NCBI GenBank assembly: GCA_041484665.1
Contig: JBGPIA010000011.1
Span: forward strand, 82,091-146,090
DNA length: 64,000 nt
Source: Candidatus Krumholzibacteriia bacterium
GTDB lineage: Bacteria > Krumholzibacteriota > Krumholzibacteriia > JAJRXK01
Direction of reading: 5' to 3'
Shown: positions 24,623 through 34,701 of the stretch, piece by piece
Numbering within the stretch: position 1 is the first letter of the stretch
Layout: each line of letters starts with the position of its first letter
Notes under the pieces: generated by a model
The model's database searches: none
What the model was told of the DNA's origin: nothing
What the model saw: the letters and a program-made list of their open reading frames with translations, nothing else
Program-made: the position numbers and the translations under genes

Positions 24623-25440
24623 TGCTCTCGCACGCGACGATGCCCGCAGCGGGCCCCTACGACGATCCAGCCGTCTACGATATCCTCCACACCCCCGGAT
24701 CGGCGGCGGAGCTGGACACGGTGCAGCGCCTCGCGCGCCGCCACCTGGAAGCGCAGGGGCGAGGCCGGCGCCGGTACACGTGGCTCGAGCCGGCGTGCGG
24801 CACCGGGCGCTATCTGCGCCTGCTGGCGCGGCGCGGCGAGCACGCCGTTGGATTCGATCGTGACCCGGCGATGGTGGCGTATGCCCGTCGCGGGATGCGT
24901 GCGCTGGGGCCGCAGCGGCGCGCCCGCGTGCTGGTCGCCGACATGACCCGCTTCGCCGACCGGGTGGGGCCGCGCCGCATCGACATCGCCTTCAACCTCG
25001 TCAACACGATCCGCCACTTGCAGAACGATGCGCAGATGCAGGCGCATCTCATCGAGGTTGCCCGCGTGCTGCGCGCCGGTGGCCTGTACGTGGTGGGCAT
25101 GAGCCTGACGCAGTACGGAGCGGAATTGCCCAGCGAGGATCTCTGGGTGGGAAGGCGCGGCTCCTGCCGGGTGACCCAGCTCGTGCAGTACCTGCCGCCG
25201 GGGAGCCCGGGCCCCCGGGGGCGGATCGAAACTGTGATCAGCCATCTGATGATCGAGCGTCCCCGGGGCGTCGAGCATCGAGATGCGACCTACGACTTGC
25301 GCTGCTACGACGCCGCGCAGTGGCGTAAATTGGTGGAGCGTAGCCCGCTGCGGATCGTCGCGGCGGCCGATGCCCACGGCAACCCGATCGTGGACTGGAA
25401 TACTACCTATGTAGTTTTCTTGATGCGGTCCGCCCCTTGA
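24622..25440 (+). CDS. Class I SAM-dependent methyltransferase
   Basis: LEPACGTGR, ADMT, LRAGGLY; ATG overlaps the upstream TGA. Confidence 0.88.
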
Positions 25441-25511
25441 CAGGTCCGTCCCCGGGGGTGGACCTTGTCCCGGTCGCCCCTGGCTGTCCTGCGTTGTCCC
25501 CACCGGGGCAC

Positions 25512-25527
25512 GGGCATAGAAGCTGCA
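25512..25527 (+). promoter_or_regulatory. Candidate sigma54 (-24/-12) promoter of the porin-cytochrome operon
   Basis: gGGcatagaagctGCa has exact GG-N10-GC spacing, about 93 bp upstream of ATG 25620. Confidence 0.5.
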
Positions 25528-25619
25528 ACCTCAGCAGGGCCTCCGACCCTCGAGCTCGACCGGCGCGACCATTCCGGAGCGGTTTCGGGGCCGTCGGCCA
25601 CTGGCAGGCCAGGCTCAAC

Positions 25620-26546
25620 ATGGCGACGATCCAAGCACCCCGCGTGCCTTCCTCCCGCGCTGGCGCGGCCGAGCGTTCGGGGACCTCCCTCAATCCGCTC
25701 GCCATGCTGCCGAATCTGCTCCTGTTGGCGATCACGCTGGCAGGCCTTCCGTATTACGTGCTCGCGGCAGCCGCGCGACTGCGCAGCCCCTTCCATCCGT
25801 GGTTGAAATCGTCGGGCTACGTAGGACAGACGGCGGGCCTCGTGACGTTCGCTGGTTTCCTGTTCATGTGGCTCTACCCGATGCGCAAGCGGATGCGCCT
25901 GCCGCCCCGCGCCGGGTCGGTCCCGCAGTGGCTCGACGTGCACATCGTCGTAGGGCTCACACTGCCGCTGCTGGGCGCGCTCCACGCCGGCTGGCGCTTC
26001 CGGGGCCTGATCGGCCTGGGCTATCTGGCCATGCTCATCGTGTGCCTGAGCGGAGTGATCGGTCGGTATCTCTACGTCAGGATCCCGCGCAGCCGCGCCG
26101 GAGCCGAGCTGGACCGCGAGGAGGTCGCGGCGCAGCGCCGCCAGCTCCTGGCCGACCTGACGGAGGCCACCGGGCTCACCACCGAGGATCTGGAGCAGAT
26201 GCTGACCGTGCAGACGGTACGGGCGTCTCGCGGCAGGCTGCTGGGGGCGCTCGCGCAAATGGTGGTCGACGATTTCGCGCGCGCGCGCACCCTGCGCGCT
26301 TTGCGCAGGCGCTGGAAGGCGCGCGGGCCCGACGGTGCGACCCTGGACCGCACCGCCCTCAACCGCGGGCTCTCGCTCGCCCGAAGGGAGATGGCCCTCA
26401 GCCAGCAGGTCCGCCTGCTGGAGGCCACGCAGAAGATGTTCCGTTACTGGCATGCGGCGCACAAACCGGTCGCGATCGCGGCATTCGGCGCCGTCACCGT
26501 CCACGTGATCGTCGTGATCGCAGTGGGCTCGACCTGGCTCTGGTAG
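25620..26546 (+). CDS. Inner-membrane protein with conserved His residues (ferric-reductase/cytochrome b-like)
   Basis: About 5 TM segments; WLDVH, LHAG, SGVIGRYLY, WHAAHKP, VHVI. Confidence 0.75.
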   Translation: MATIQAPRVPSSRAGAAERSGTSLNPLAMLPNLLLLAITLAGLPYYVLAAAARLRSPFHPWLKSSGYVGQTAGLVTFAGFLFMWLYPMRKRMRLPPRAGSVPQWLDVHIVVGLTLPLLGALHAGWRFRGLIGLGYLAMLIVCLSGVIGRYLYVRIPRSRAGAELDREEVAAQRRQLLADLTEATGLTTEDLEQMLTVQTVRASRGRLLGALAQMVVDDFARARTLRALRRRWKARGPDGATLDRTALNRGLSLARREMALSQQVRLLEATQKMFRYWHAAHKPVAIAAFGAVTVHVIVVIAVGSTWLW

Positions 26547-26572
26547 GACGAAGTCGAGGCGGGAGCGCTCCG

Positions 26573-28015
26573 ATGGGAATGCTGCTCACCACACTGGCCT
26601 TTGCCGTCCTCACGGCCGCGCTCGTCGCCCACCACGTGCGCCGCGGCGCAGCAGCGCCGGGTCAAGCTTGCGCGCCCGTCGCGGCCTGCCCGCGTTGCAA
26701 GGCGGCCATCGCGCCTGGGACGACCCGCTGCTCGCGCTGTGGCGTTCCGCTGCAGGCCTTCGAAGTCGTGGCCGCCGCCAAGGCCAGCGAGGAGGTCAGC
26801 GAGGGCGGGGACAAGTTGCACGCGGTCGTGCGCGCGGACCTCTGCGTCGGCTGCGGGTCGTGCGTCTCCGTCTGCCCCGAGCCGGGCGCCATCCGGATGG
26901 ACCACAAGCTCGCCGTGGTGGCCAAGGCGCTCTGCGTGGGGCACGGCAAGTGCGCCGAGGCCTGCCCGGTGGGGGCCATCATCATGTCCACCGGCGCCGC
27001 GGTGCACCGCGTCGAGGTGCCGGAGATCGACATCCACTTCGAGAGCAACGTGCCCGGGGTCTACGTCGTCGGCGAGCTGGGCGGGCGTGGACTGATCAAG
27101 AACGCCATCAACGAGGGCAAGATCGCCGTCGAGCACATCGCCGACGAGCTGGGGGGAGGGTCACGCCGCTCACCGGACACAACGGGCGTCCACGATGTGG
27201 TCATTGTCGGATCGGGACCCGCCGGCCTCAGCTCCGGACTGCAGGCCCTCCAGTCGAAGCTGCGGTACGCTGTCCTGGAGCAGGGGACGCTCGCCGACAC
27301 GATCCGCAAGTACCCGCGGGCGAAGCTGCTGCTGGCCGAGCCGGTGACGGTTCCGCTGTACGGCGATCTGTGGGTGGCCGATGCTTCGAAGGAGTCATTG
27401 CTGAAGGTGTGGGAGACGGTCATCGCCAGCACGGGACTGCAGGTGCGCACGGGCCAACGTGTGGTCAACGTGGCACGCCACGGCGATCTGCTCCACGTCG
27501 CGACGCCCGACGCAGTGTTCCGCACGCGGCGCGTGGTGCTGGCCACGGGCCGGCGCGGGACACCGCGGCGCCTGGGGGTACCCGGCGAGGAGCTGGGCAA
27601 GGTCATCTATGACATCGCTGAGATGGAATGCTTCGCCGGCCAGCGGATGCTCGTGGTCGGCGGCGGCGACAGCGCCGTGGAGTCGGCGCTGGGGCTGGCC
27701 CGGCAGCCGGGCACGGTGGTGACGCTCAGCTACCGCGGCGATTCCTTCAGCCGCGCGAAGGAGCGGAACAGGACGAAGCTCGAGACGGCCGTCGCAGAGG
27801 GGAGCGTGCGCGCGCTGCTGCGTAGCGAGGTGCGGGCGGTCCACGAGCAGGAGGTCGAGATCGAGGTGGCGGGCAAGCGCAGCATGCTGCCCAACGACAC
27901 AGTGGTCGTGCGCATCGGCGGCGAGCCGCCCGCCGCATTCCTGAAGCAGATCGGCATCCGCATCGTCAAGAAGGACGTGCCGCTGCCGCAGGGAGAGGAG
28001 GCGATGGTTGGCTAG
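26573..28015 (+). CDS. Membrane-anchored 4Fe-4S ferredoxin / TrxR-fold FAD-NAD(P)H oxidoreductase
   Basis: N-terminal TM; CPRC/CSRC; CVGCGSCVSVCP and CVGHGKCAEACP; GSGPAG, ATG, GGGDSA..SYR. Confidence 0.88.
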   Translation: MGMLLTTLAFAVLTAALVAHHVRRGAAAPGQACAPVAACPRCKAAIAPGTTRCSRCGVPLQAFEVVAAAKASEEVSEGGDKLHAVVRADLCVGCGSCVSVCPEPGAIRMDHKLAVVAKALCVGHGKCAEACPVGAIIMSTGAAVHRVEVPEIDIHFESNVPGVYVVGELGGRGLIKNAINEGKIAVEHIADELGGGSRRSPDTTGVHDVVIVGSGPAGLSSGLQALQSKLRYAVLEQGTLADTIRKYPRAKLLLAEPVTVPLYGDLWVADASKESLLKVWETVIASTGLQVRTGQRVVNVARHGDLLHVATPDAVFRTRRVVLATGRRGTPRRLGVPGEELGKVIYDIAEMECFAGQRMLVVGGGDSAVESALGLARQPGTVVTLSYRGDSFSRAKERNRTKLETAVAEGSVRALLRSEVRAVHEQEVEIEVAGKRSMLPNDTVVVRIGGEPPAAFLKQIGIRIVKKDVPLPQGEEAMVG

Positions 28016-30359
28016 CACGCGCCGGGGAACGCTTGCATGGACGCAGCGTCCACCGACGCCGACCCCGCTGGCCCAGCATCCGTTGGCGCAGCGTCCGGCG
28101 CCGCCGCGCCGCACGCTGTGGCCGCCTCAAGCGGCTAGCGCCGTGCGCACGACGGCCACGGCCCTGGGTGCCGCGCTGGCCCTGACGTGCGTCGTCACCG
28201 CAGCCGCCCGGGCGCAGATCTCGCCGGGCCCGCTGTCGCGCGCCCACGCCAGCCTGGAGGGCAACCTCCACTGCGCGAAGTGCCACGGTGGCGGAGGCGA
28301 GAGCGCGCAGGACCAGCGGTGTCGTGCTTGTCATGAGGAGATCGACTGGCTCATCCGGCAGGAGCGGGGACTCCACGGGCACGAGGTGAAGGGGAACTGT
28401 AAGAGCTGCCATCCGGAGCATGCCGGTGCCGGCTTCCAGCTGATCGTGTGGAAGGAGGGCAGCCCGGAGCGCTTCGACCACACGCGCACGGGCTGGGCGC
28501 TGGAGGGAAAGCATGCGACGGTGCAGTGCAAGGAGTGCCACAAGGCGAGCTTCCAGCAGCCGCAGATCGTGGCGCGGATGCAGCGCAAGGACAAGGCAGC
28601 GAGCTGGCTGGGTCTGGACTCCGGTTGCCGCTCCTGCCACGAGGACGTGCACCGGGGGACGCTTGGAGTGGATTGCATGAAGTGCCACGACACGAAAGCC
28701 TGGAAGCCGGCGCCGCGATTCGACCACGCGCTGTCGGACTTCCCGCTCACCGGCAAGCACGCGGCGAGGGCGTGCGCGAAGTGCCATGCCACGCCCGAGC
28801 TGAAGCTGGTGAAGGATCGGCAGGGGCACGCGATTCCGCTCTTCAAGCCGCTGCCGCACCAGGAGTGCTCCGCGTGCCATAAGGACCCCCATGCCGGCTC
28901 GCTGGGGGCCGCTTGCACCAAGTGCCACACGACCGACGACTTCCATCGCATCGACCACAAGACGTTCAATCACGACCTGACGCGCTACCCGCTGCGGGGC
29001 AAGCACGCGGCGCTGGCGTGCGCGAAGTGCCACGATCCGGCCACTGCGTGGGGTAAGAAGCCGGCGTTCGCTACGTGCGGCTCCTGCCACACGGATCCCC
29101 ACGCTGGCCAGGCTACGAGCGCGGGCAAGCCGGCCGATTGCGCTGCCTGCCACAGCGTCCAGGGCTTCAAGCCGGGCACCTTCACGGTGCAGCAGCACGC
29201 CGCAACGCGCTACCCGCTGGACGGGCGGCACCAGCAGGTGAAGTGCTCCAGCTGCCATGGCCGCAAGCCACCGGGGGATGCGGCCAAGGCCGCGGCCACC
29301 GTCGGCAAGGCTGGCGTGTGGTTTCGTCCGACGCACGACCGCTGCGGTGATTGCCACGCTGAAGTGCACGGCGGCCAGCTCGCACACCGGCCCGACACGG
29401 GGGCCTGCGAAGGCTGTCACACCACGCAGGGCTGGCGCCCCAGCACCTTCACCGTGGCGGCACACGCCGCGCTGCGCCTGTCGCTGGAAGGCCGCCACGG
29501 CGCGATCGCCTGCTCCGCATGCCACGGGCCCGACCGCAGTGGGCTGCCACAGCTGCCAGGGCCCAAGGTCCTGGGCACCGCCCGCGTCGCATTCACGTTC
29601 ACCGACGTCTCCTGCACGGCCTGCCATTTCGATCCCCATCACGGACGATTCAGCGCCGGGGGCGAGCGTGCCCGGTCCAAGGGTTGCCTGGACTGCCACG
29701 ACCCGCGCGCGTTCCGCCCGTCAAAGGTGGACATCGCGGCTCACGCCGCGGCCCGCTTCGCGCTGGACGGCGCCCACCGCGCGGTGCCGTGCTTCGCCTG
29801 CCACCAGGAGCTGGCCGGCGCGGGCGGAGCGGCCAGCGGGGCGGCAAAGGCAGCCGCGAACGGTGCGGCGAACGGAGCGGCGAATGGGGCGGCGAACGGG
29901 ACCGCGAGCGGGACCGTGAATCGGGCAGCGAACGCGGCCCCGATCGTGGCCACGGCGGCTGGTTCCGACACCGCCGCGGCTCGCGGGCGCGCACGCTCGA
30001 CGCTGGTGGCTGCCACCGCCGCGGTGCGCCGCGCGTTGCCGTTCGCGATCGACAAGCGCGCATGCCGCGACTGTCACCGCAGCCCCCACGGCACACAGTT
30101 CGACGCACGGAAGGACCATGGAGCGTGCGAGAGCTGCCACGGTCTGGAGAGCTTCAAGCCCGCTGTGGGCTTCCATCACGCCAAGGACTCGTCGTATCCA
30201 CTCGAGGGGGCGCACACGAAGGTTCCCTGCGCGCGTTGCCATCCCACGAAGACTGGCAGCGACCGACGCCCGCAGGTGATCTACCGTCCACTTTCCACTC
30301 GTTGTGAGAGCTGTCATGGGGCGGCGCCCGTAGCGCCGCTGAAAGGGGAGCTGCGATGA
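28008..30359 (+). CDS. Multiheme cytochrome c (23 CxxCH)
   Basis: Manual count of 23 CxxCH; signal peptide ending AARA-QISPG; repeated FDH..FPL.GKH modules. Confidence 0.95.
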   Translation: MASTRRGTLAWTQRPPTPTPLAQHPLAQRPAPPRRTLWPPQAASAVRTTATALGAALALTCVVTAAARAQISPGPLSRAHASLEGNLHCAKCHGGGGESAQDQRCRACHEEIDWLIRQERGLHGHEVKGNCKSCHPEHAGAGFQLIVWKEGSPERFDHTRTGWALEGKHATVQCKECHKASFQQPQIVARMQRKDKAASWLGLDSGCRSCHEDVHRGTLGVDCMKCHDTKAWKPAPRFDHALSDFPLTGKHAARACAKCHATPELKLVKDRQGHAIPLFKPLPHQECSACHKDPHAGSLGAACTKCHTTDDFHRIDHKTFNHDLTRYPLRGKHAALACAKCHDPATAWGKKPAFATCGSCHTDPHAGQATSAGKPADCAACHSVQGFKPGTFTVQQHAATRYPLDGRHQQVKCSSCHGRKPPGDAAKAAATVGKAGVWFRPTHDRCGDCHAEVHGGQLAHRPDTGACEGCHTTQGWRPSTFTVAAHAALRLSLEGRHGAIACSACHGPDRSGLPQLPGPKVLGTARVAFTFTDVSCTACHFDPHHGRFSAGGERARSKGCLDCHDPRAFRPSKVDIAAHAAARFALDGAHRAVPCFACHQELAGAGGAASGAAKAAANGAANGAANGAANGTASGTVNRAANAAPIVATAAGSDTAAARGRARSTLVAATAAVRRALPFAIDKRACRDCHRSPHGTQFDARKDHGACESCHGLESFKPAVGFHHAKDSSYPLEGAHTKVPCARCHPTKTGSDRRPQVIYRPLSTRCESCHGAAPVAPLKGELR

Positions 30360-32977
30360 GACGCGTACCCGGAGCGGTCTGGCTGGCCTTTCTGCTCGCG
30401 GCCGCCAGCCTCGCTATCGCCGCGGTCGGGGATCAGGTCCCGCCCCAGCAGCAGCAATCGGGGCAGCCCAAGTCCGCGCAGCCGCGGGCCGTGAAGCCAC
30501 TCGCCACACAGTCGCAAACCGCACCATCGCAGTCGACGAGGACGCAGGCATCCAAGCCGCAGGCGACAAAGCCACAGGCCACGCAACCGCAGGCATCAAA
30601 GCAGCAGACGGCGCCGTCGCAGGCCACGAAGGCGCAGGTAGCAAGACCGCAGGCCGCGCAGTCGCCGGCCGCCACGGCCGCTCCCGGCCAGCCGCCCTAT
30701 CCGCACGGAGCCTTCCGTGAGGACTGCGCCCTGTGCCACCGTCCCGACAGCTGGACGCCGGCGCGCATCAGCGTCCGCTTCGACCATTCGCGCTTCGGAT
30801 TCAAGCTCGACGGAGCGCACGCCTCGGCGTCGTGCCGGGGCTGTCACAAGAGTCTGGAGTTCGCCGCTGCTCCGACCGCATGCATCGACTGCCACCGCGA
30901 CGTCCACCAGGGCGAGTTGGGCACCGAATGCTCCGGCTGCCACGGTACGCAGAGCTTCGTCGACCGCGGTGACCAGGTGCGGATGCACCGCCTGACGCGC
31001 TTCCCCCTGGCCGGAGCGCACACCGCACTGGACTGCGCATCGTGCCATCCGCTGGCGGCCCCGGGAGCCCTGACCTACGTCAAGACGCCTACGACGTGCG
31101 AGGCCTGCCACATGAAGGACTTCCGGGCGACCACCAATCCGGACCACCAGGCGGCGGGCTTTACCCACGAGTGCACGACCTGCCACTCGGAGGCCAGCTG
31201 GAGCCGCGCTCGGTTCGACCACGCCGGCACCAACTTCCCGCTCACGGGCGCCCACCAGATCGTGGCCTGCAACAGCTGCCACACCGGAGGGACCTTTGGA
31301 GCGCTGGCGACCACCTGCGTCTCGTGTCACCAGGCCGACTACAACAACACGACGAATCCGAACCATCGCTCAGGCGGCTTCCCCACCGATTGCACCCAGT
31401 GCCATAGCACGGTGAATTGGAGCGGCGCGACCTTCAACCATGCGACGACCGGCTTCGCGCTGACCGGCGCGCACGCCGCGGCGCAGTGCTCGCAGTGCCA
31501 CACGGGGAGCAGCTTCAGCGGGCTCTCGTCCACGTGCGTCTCGTGCCACCAGGGCGATTTCAATGGCACGACGAATCCCGATCACCGCGCCGGAGGCTTC
31601 CCCACGGATTGCACGCAGTGTCACAGCACGGCGACCTGGAGCGGCGCGACCTTCAACCACGCCACGACCGGCTTCGCACTGACCGGCGCGCATGCCGCGG
31701 CACAGTGCGCGACGTGCCACGCGGGGGGCGTTTTCACCGGCCTATCGCCCACATGCGTGTCATGCCATCAGAATGACTACAACGGCACGACCAACCCCAA
31801 TCACCGCACGGCGGGCTTCCCCACCGATTGCACCCAGTGCCACACGACGGCGACGTGGACCGGCGCGACGTTCAACCACGCCACGACGGGCTTCGCGCTG
31901 ACCGGCGCGCACACGGCGCTGCAGTGCGCGCAGTGCCATGTGGGGGGCAATTACAGCATTACGTCGCCCGCGTGCGTGTCGTGCCACCAGAACGACTTCA
32001 ATAGCGCCACGAACCCCGATCACCGGGCGGCTGGCTTCGCCACCGATTGCACCCAGTGCCACAGTACGGCCAGCTGGAGTGGCGCCTCGTTCAACCACGC
32101 GACGACCGGCTTCGCTCTGACCGGCGCGCACACGGGGCTGCAGTGCGCGCAGTGCCACGTGGGGGGCAATTACAACATCACGACGTCTGCGTGCGTGTCG
32201 TGCCATCAGAACGACTTCAACGGCACGACGAACCCCAGTCACCAGACGGCGGGATTCCCCACCGATTGTACGCAGTGCCACACCACGGCCACCTGGCCCG
32301 GCGCGACGTTCAACCACGCGACGACCGGTTTTGCTCTCACCGGCGCGCACACGACGCTGCCGTGCGCACAGTGCCACGTGGGGGGCAACTACAACATCAC
32401 GTCGCCCGCCTGCGTGTCGTGCCACCAGACTGACTTCAACGGCACTACCAATCCCGATCACCGCGCGGCGGGCTTCCCCACCGATTGTAGCCAGTGCCAC
32501 AGCACGGTGAATTGGAGCGGCGCTAGCTTCAACCATGCGACGACCGGCTTCGCGCTGACCGGCGCGCACGCCGCGGCGCAGTGCGCGCAGTGCCACGTGG
32601 GGGGCAACTATACGAATGTGTCGCCCGCGTGCGTGTCGTGCCACCAGACCGACTACAATGGCACGACCGATCCTCCGCATGCGACGGCGGGCTTTCCCAC
32701 CGATTGTTCACAGTGCCACAGCACGGCGACGTGGGCAGGAGCGACGTTCGACCACGATGCGGCCTACTTCCCCATCTACTCGGGAAGGCACAAAGGCAAG
32801 TGGGACGCCTGCAGCACGTGCCACACGAACTCTGCGAACTACACCGTGTTCAGTTGCTTCGGCTGCCATCCGCACGACGACCAGGCGGGGACCGATAGCC
32901 ACCACCAAGGGCAGAGTGGCTACCGGTACGAGAGCACGTCCTGCTACCGCTGCCATCCCCGGGGGAACGCAGGATGA
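30356..32977 (+). CDS. Multiheme cytochrome c (31 CxxCH) with tandem triheme repeats
   Basis: Manual count of 31 CxxCH; signal peptide; Gln/Pro-rich spacer; 73-aa repeats. Confidence 0.95.
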   Translation: MRRVPGAVWLAFLLAAASLAIAAVGDQVPPQQQQSGQPKSAQPRAVKPLATQSQTAPSQSTRTQASKPQATKPQATQPQASKQQTAPSQATKAQVARPQAAQSPAATAAPGQPPYPHGAFREDCALCHRPDSWTPARISVRFDHSRFGFKLDGAHASASCRGCHKSLEFAAAPTACIDCHRDVHQGELGTECSGCHGTQSFVDRGDQVRMHRLTRFPLAGAHTALDCASCHPLAAPGALTYVKTPTTCEACHMKDFRATTNPDHQAAGFTHECTTCHSEASWSRARFDHAGTNFPLTGAHQIVACNSCHTGGTFGALATTCVSCHQADYNNTTNPNHRSGGFPTDCTQCHSTVNWSGATFNHATTGFALTGAHAAAQCSQCHTGSSFSGLSSTCVSCHQGDFNGTTNPDHRAGGFPTDCTQCHSTATWSGATFNHATTGFALTGAHAAAQCATCHAGGVFTGLSPTCVSCHQNDYNGTTNPNHRTAGFPTDCTQCHTTATWTGATFNHATTGFALTGAHTALQCAQCHVGGNYSITSPACVSCHQNDFNSATNPDHRAAGFATDCTQCHSTASWSGASFNHATTGFALTGAHTGLQCAQCHVGGNYNITTSACVSCHQNDFNGTTNPSHQTAGFPTDCTQCHTTATWPGATFNHATTGFALTGAHTTLPCAQCHVGGNYNITSPACVSCHQTDFNGTTNPDHRAAGFPTDCSQCHSTVNWSGASFNHATTGFALTGAHAAAQCAQCHVGGNYTNVSPACVSCHQTDYNGTTDPPHATAGFPTDCSQCHSTATWAGATFDHDAAYFPIYSGRHKGKWDACSTCHTNSANYTVFSCFGCHPHDDQAGTDSHHQGQSGYRYESTSCYRCHPRGNAG
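31200..32760 (+). repeat. Coding tandem repeat, 219-bp unit, about 7 copies
   Basis: Unit W.GA.FNHATTGFALTGAH..CxxCH..CVSCH..NP.H..GFPTDCxQCH is 73 aa. Confidence 0.9.
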
Positions 32978-34701
32978 CGCAGTTCCCGCGTCGAAGCGCG
33001 ATTGGCTGGGTCGTCATGGCAGTCGCCGCGCTCGCGCTTCTGGGAGGCGCGCCCTGCGTGGCGTGCGCGGCGCTCGCCGCGACGTCCGCGGCAACGGACA
33101 CGACGCCGTCAGCATCCGGCGCCACGCCGCGCATGATGACCGCGGGCAGGGTCACCTACCTGACCGGCACGACCGCGTACGTCGATCTCGGACGCGACGA
33201 CGGGCTGGGTGAGGGGGACCGTCTGGAGGTCGTTCGCGGTGGCAAGTCCGTGGCGACGCTGCAGGTGAGCTACGTGTCGTCGCACCGCGCTGCCTGTGCG
33301 ATCCAGCCGCCGGAAGCGACGCTCGCGGAGGGCGATCCGGTGCGCGTGGTGGCCCGCGCCACCCGCGCGGACGCGGCGGCGACCGCGCCCGTGGCCACAG
33401 CGTCGACCAACCTCGTGGCCGCGGCGCCGGTGCGCCGGAAGGGCTCCTGGCTCAACGAGATGGGGCTGCGGGGCCGCGTGGGCGGGCGGTTCCTCGGACT
33501 GAAGGACCGCAGCGGCACCGGTGCCAATCTCAAGCAGCCCGGTCTGGAGATGCGCGTCGACGGAACGCGGGTGGGCGGAGCACCCATCGACCTGGCGGTA
33601 GACGTCCGGGCGCGCCAGACATTCCAGACTCTGCCCGACGGGGGATCCCAGCACGCGGGCCAGACGCGCGTATACCGTCTCGCGACGACGTGGCACTTGC
33701 CCGATCCGCACTTCCACGTGAGTGTCGGGCGGCAATTCTCCTCCGCGCTCTCCACCGTCAGTACGTTCGATGGCGTGGAGGCGGAGCTCGATGCCGGACA
33801 GGTCGGCGTGGGCATCTTCACCGGCACCCAGCCCGGGCCCATCGATTACAGCTTCTCCACCGACGTCTGGGAGCACGGACTGTTCTTTCGGGTGCACGGG
33901 CCGGGGCCGACTGCGCAGATGGCGCAGGTGGGTCAGGGAGGGCAGATGGCGGCCCGTTGGGAGGTGGTGACGGCCGCGATCGGCTCGTACCAATCGGGCC
34001 AGATCAACCGTGAGTACCTCACCACCCAGGGCCGGCTCGACGCGCATGGGCTGTCGCTGTCGCTGTCCCAGGACCTCGACCTCAACCGCGGCTGGAAGCG
34101 GGACGCCGGCGAACAGGCCGTCTCGCCGACGAACACCTTCGTGAGCGCGCGTATGCGCGTAGCCCAGCGACTCGACCTGGACGGCGGGTTCGACAACCGG
34201 CGCAACATCCGCCTGTACCGTGACCGGATCACTCCGGAGACGGAGTTCGACGACACGTACCGGCAGGGGATCTGGGGCGGGAGCGGGCTGCGCGTCGGCG
34301 GTCACCTGCGCGTGGGAGCGACCGTCCGCAACAGCAGCGGCGGGGCCGCCGGCGCCTCGACGTCATGGGGTATGACCGCGGCCGCCAGCCGGCTGACCCC
34401 GGCGCAGGTGGATCTCCGGCTGCGGAGCACGCGCTACAACAGCGACCTGACCGAAGGGTGGATGCACACGCTCTCGGGCGGAGTGCGGCCGGGGCAGCGC
34501 CTGGGGCTCGAGCTGTTCGGCGGTGTCCGCACCGACCAGGGGAAGATCCAAGGCACCTCCGACGCGCGCGCCACGTGGTTCGGGGCCGACATGGACCTCG
34601 GCGTGGGCCGTCACTGGTACCTGGCGATCTCCGCAGAGCGGGACGAGCGGGGCCCGGAGCAGTTCGATCAGGTCTACGGCATGCTCAACTATCGCTTCTA
34701 G
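32974..34701 (+). CDS. Outer-membrane beta-barrel (putative porin of a porin-cytochrome complex) with small N-terminal beta domain
   Basis: Signal peptide; alternating amphipathic strands; C-terminal YGMLNYRF aromatic signature; coupled to the cytochrome gene. Confidence 0.8.
   Translation: MTQFPRRSAIGWVVMAVAALALLGGAPCVACAALAATSAATDTTPSASGATPRMMTAGRVTYLTGTTAYVDLGRDDGLGEGDRLEVVRGGKSVATLQVSYVSSHRAACAIQPPEATLAEGDPVRVVARATRADAAATAPVATASTNLVAAAPVRRKGSWLNEMGLRGRVGGRFLGLKDRSGTGANLKQPGLEMRVDGTRVGGAPIDLAVDVRARQTFQTLPDGGSQHAGQTRVYRLATTWHLPDPHFHVSVGRQFSSALSTVSTFDGVEAELDAGQVGVGIFTGTQPGPIDYSFSTDVWEHGLFFRVHGPGPTAQMAQVGQGGQMAARWEVVTAAIGSYQSGQINREYLTTQGRLDAHGLSLSLSQDLDLNRGWKRDAGEQAVSPTNTFVSARMRVAQRLDLDGGFDNRRNIRLYRDRITPETEFDDTYRQGIWGGSGLRVGGHLRVGATVRNSSGGAAGASTSWGMTAAASRLTPAQVDLRLRSTRYNSDLTEGWMHTLSGGVRPGQRLGLELFGGVRTDQGKIQGTSDARATWFGADMDLGVGRHWYLAISAERDERGPEQFDQVYGMLNYRF

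Noticed and set aside
31200..32760. Regular repeats as a CRISPR array
   Set aside because: They are in-frame 219-bp coding units with no unique spacers, and there are no cas genes in the window.
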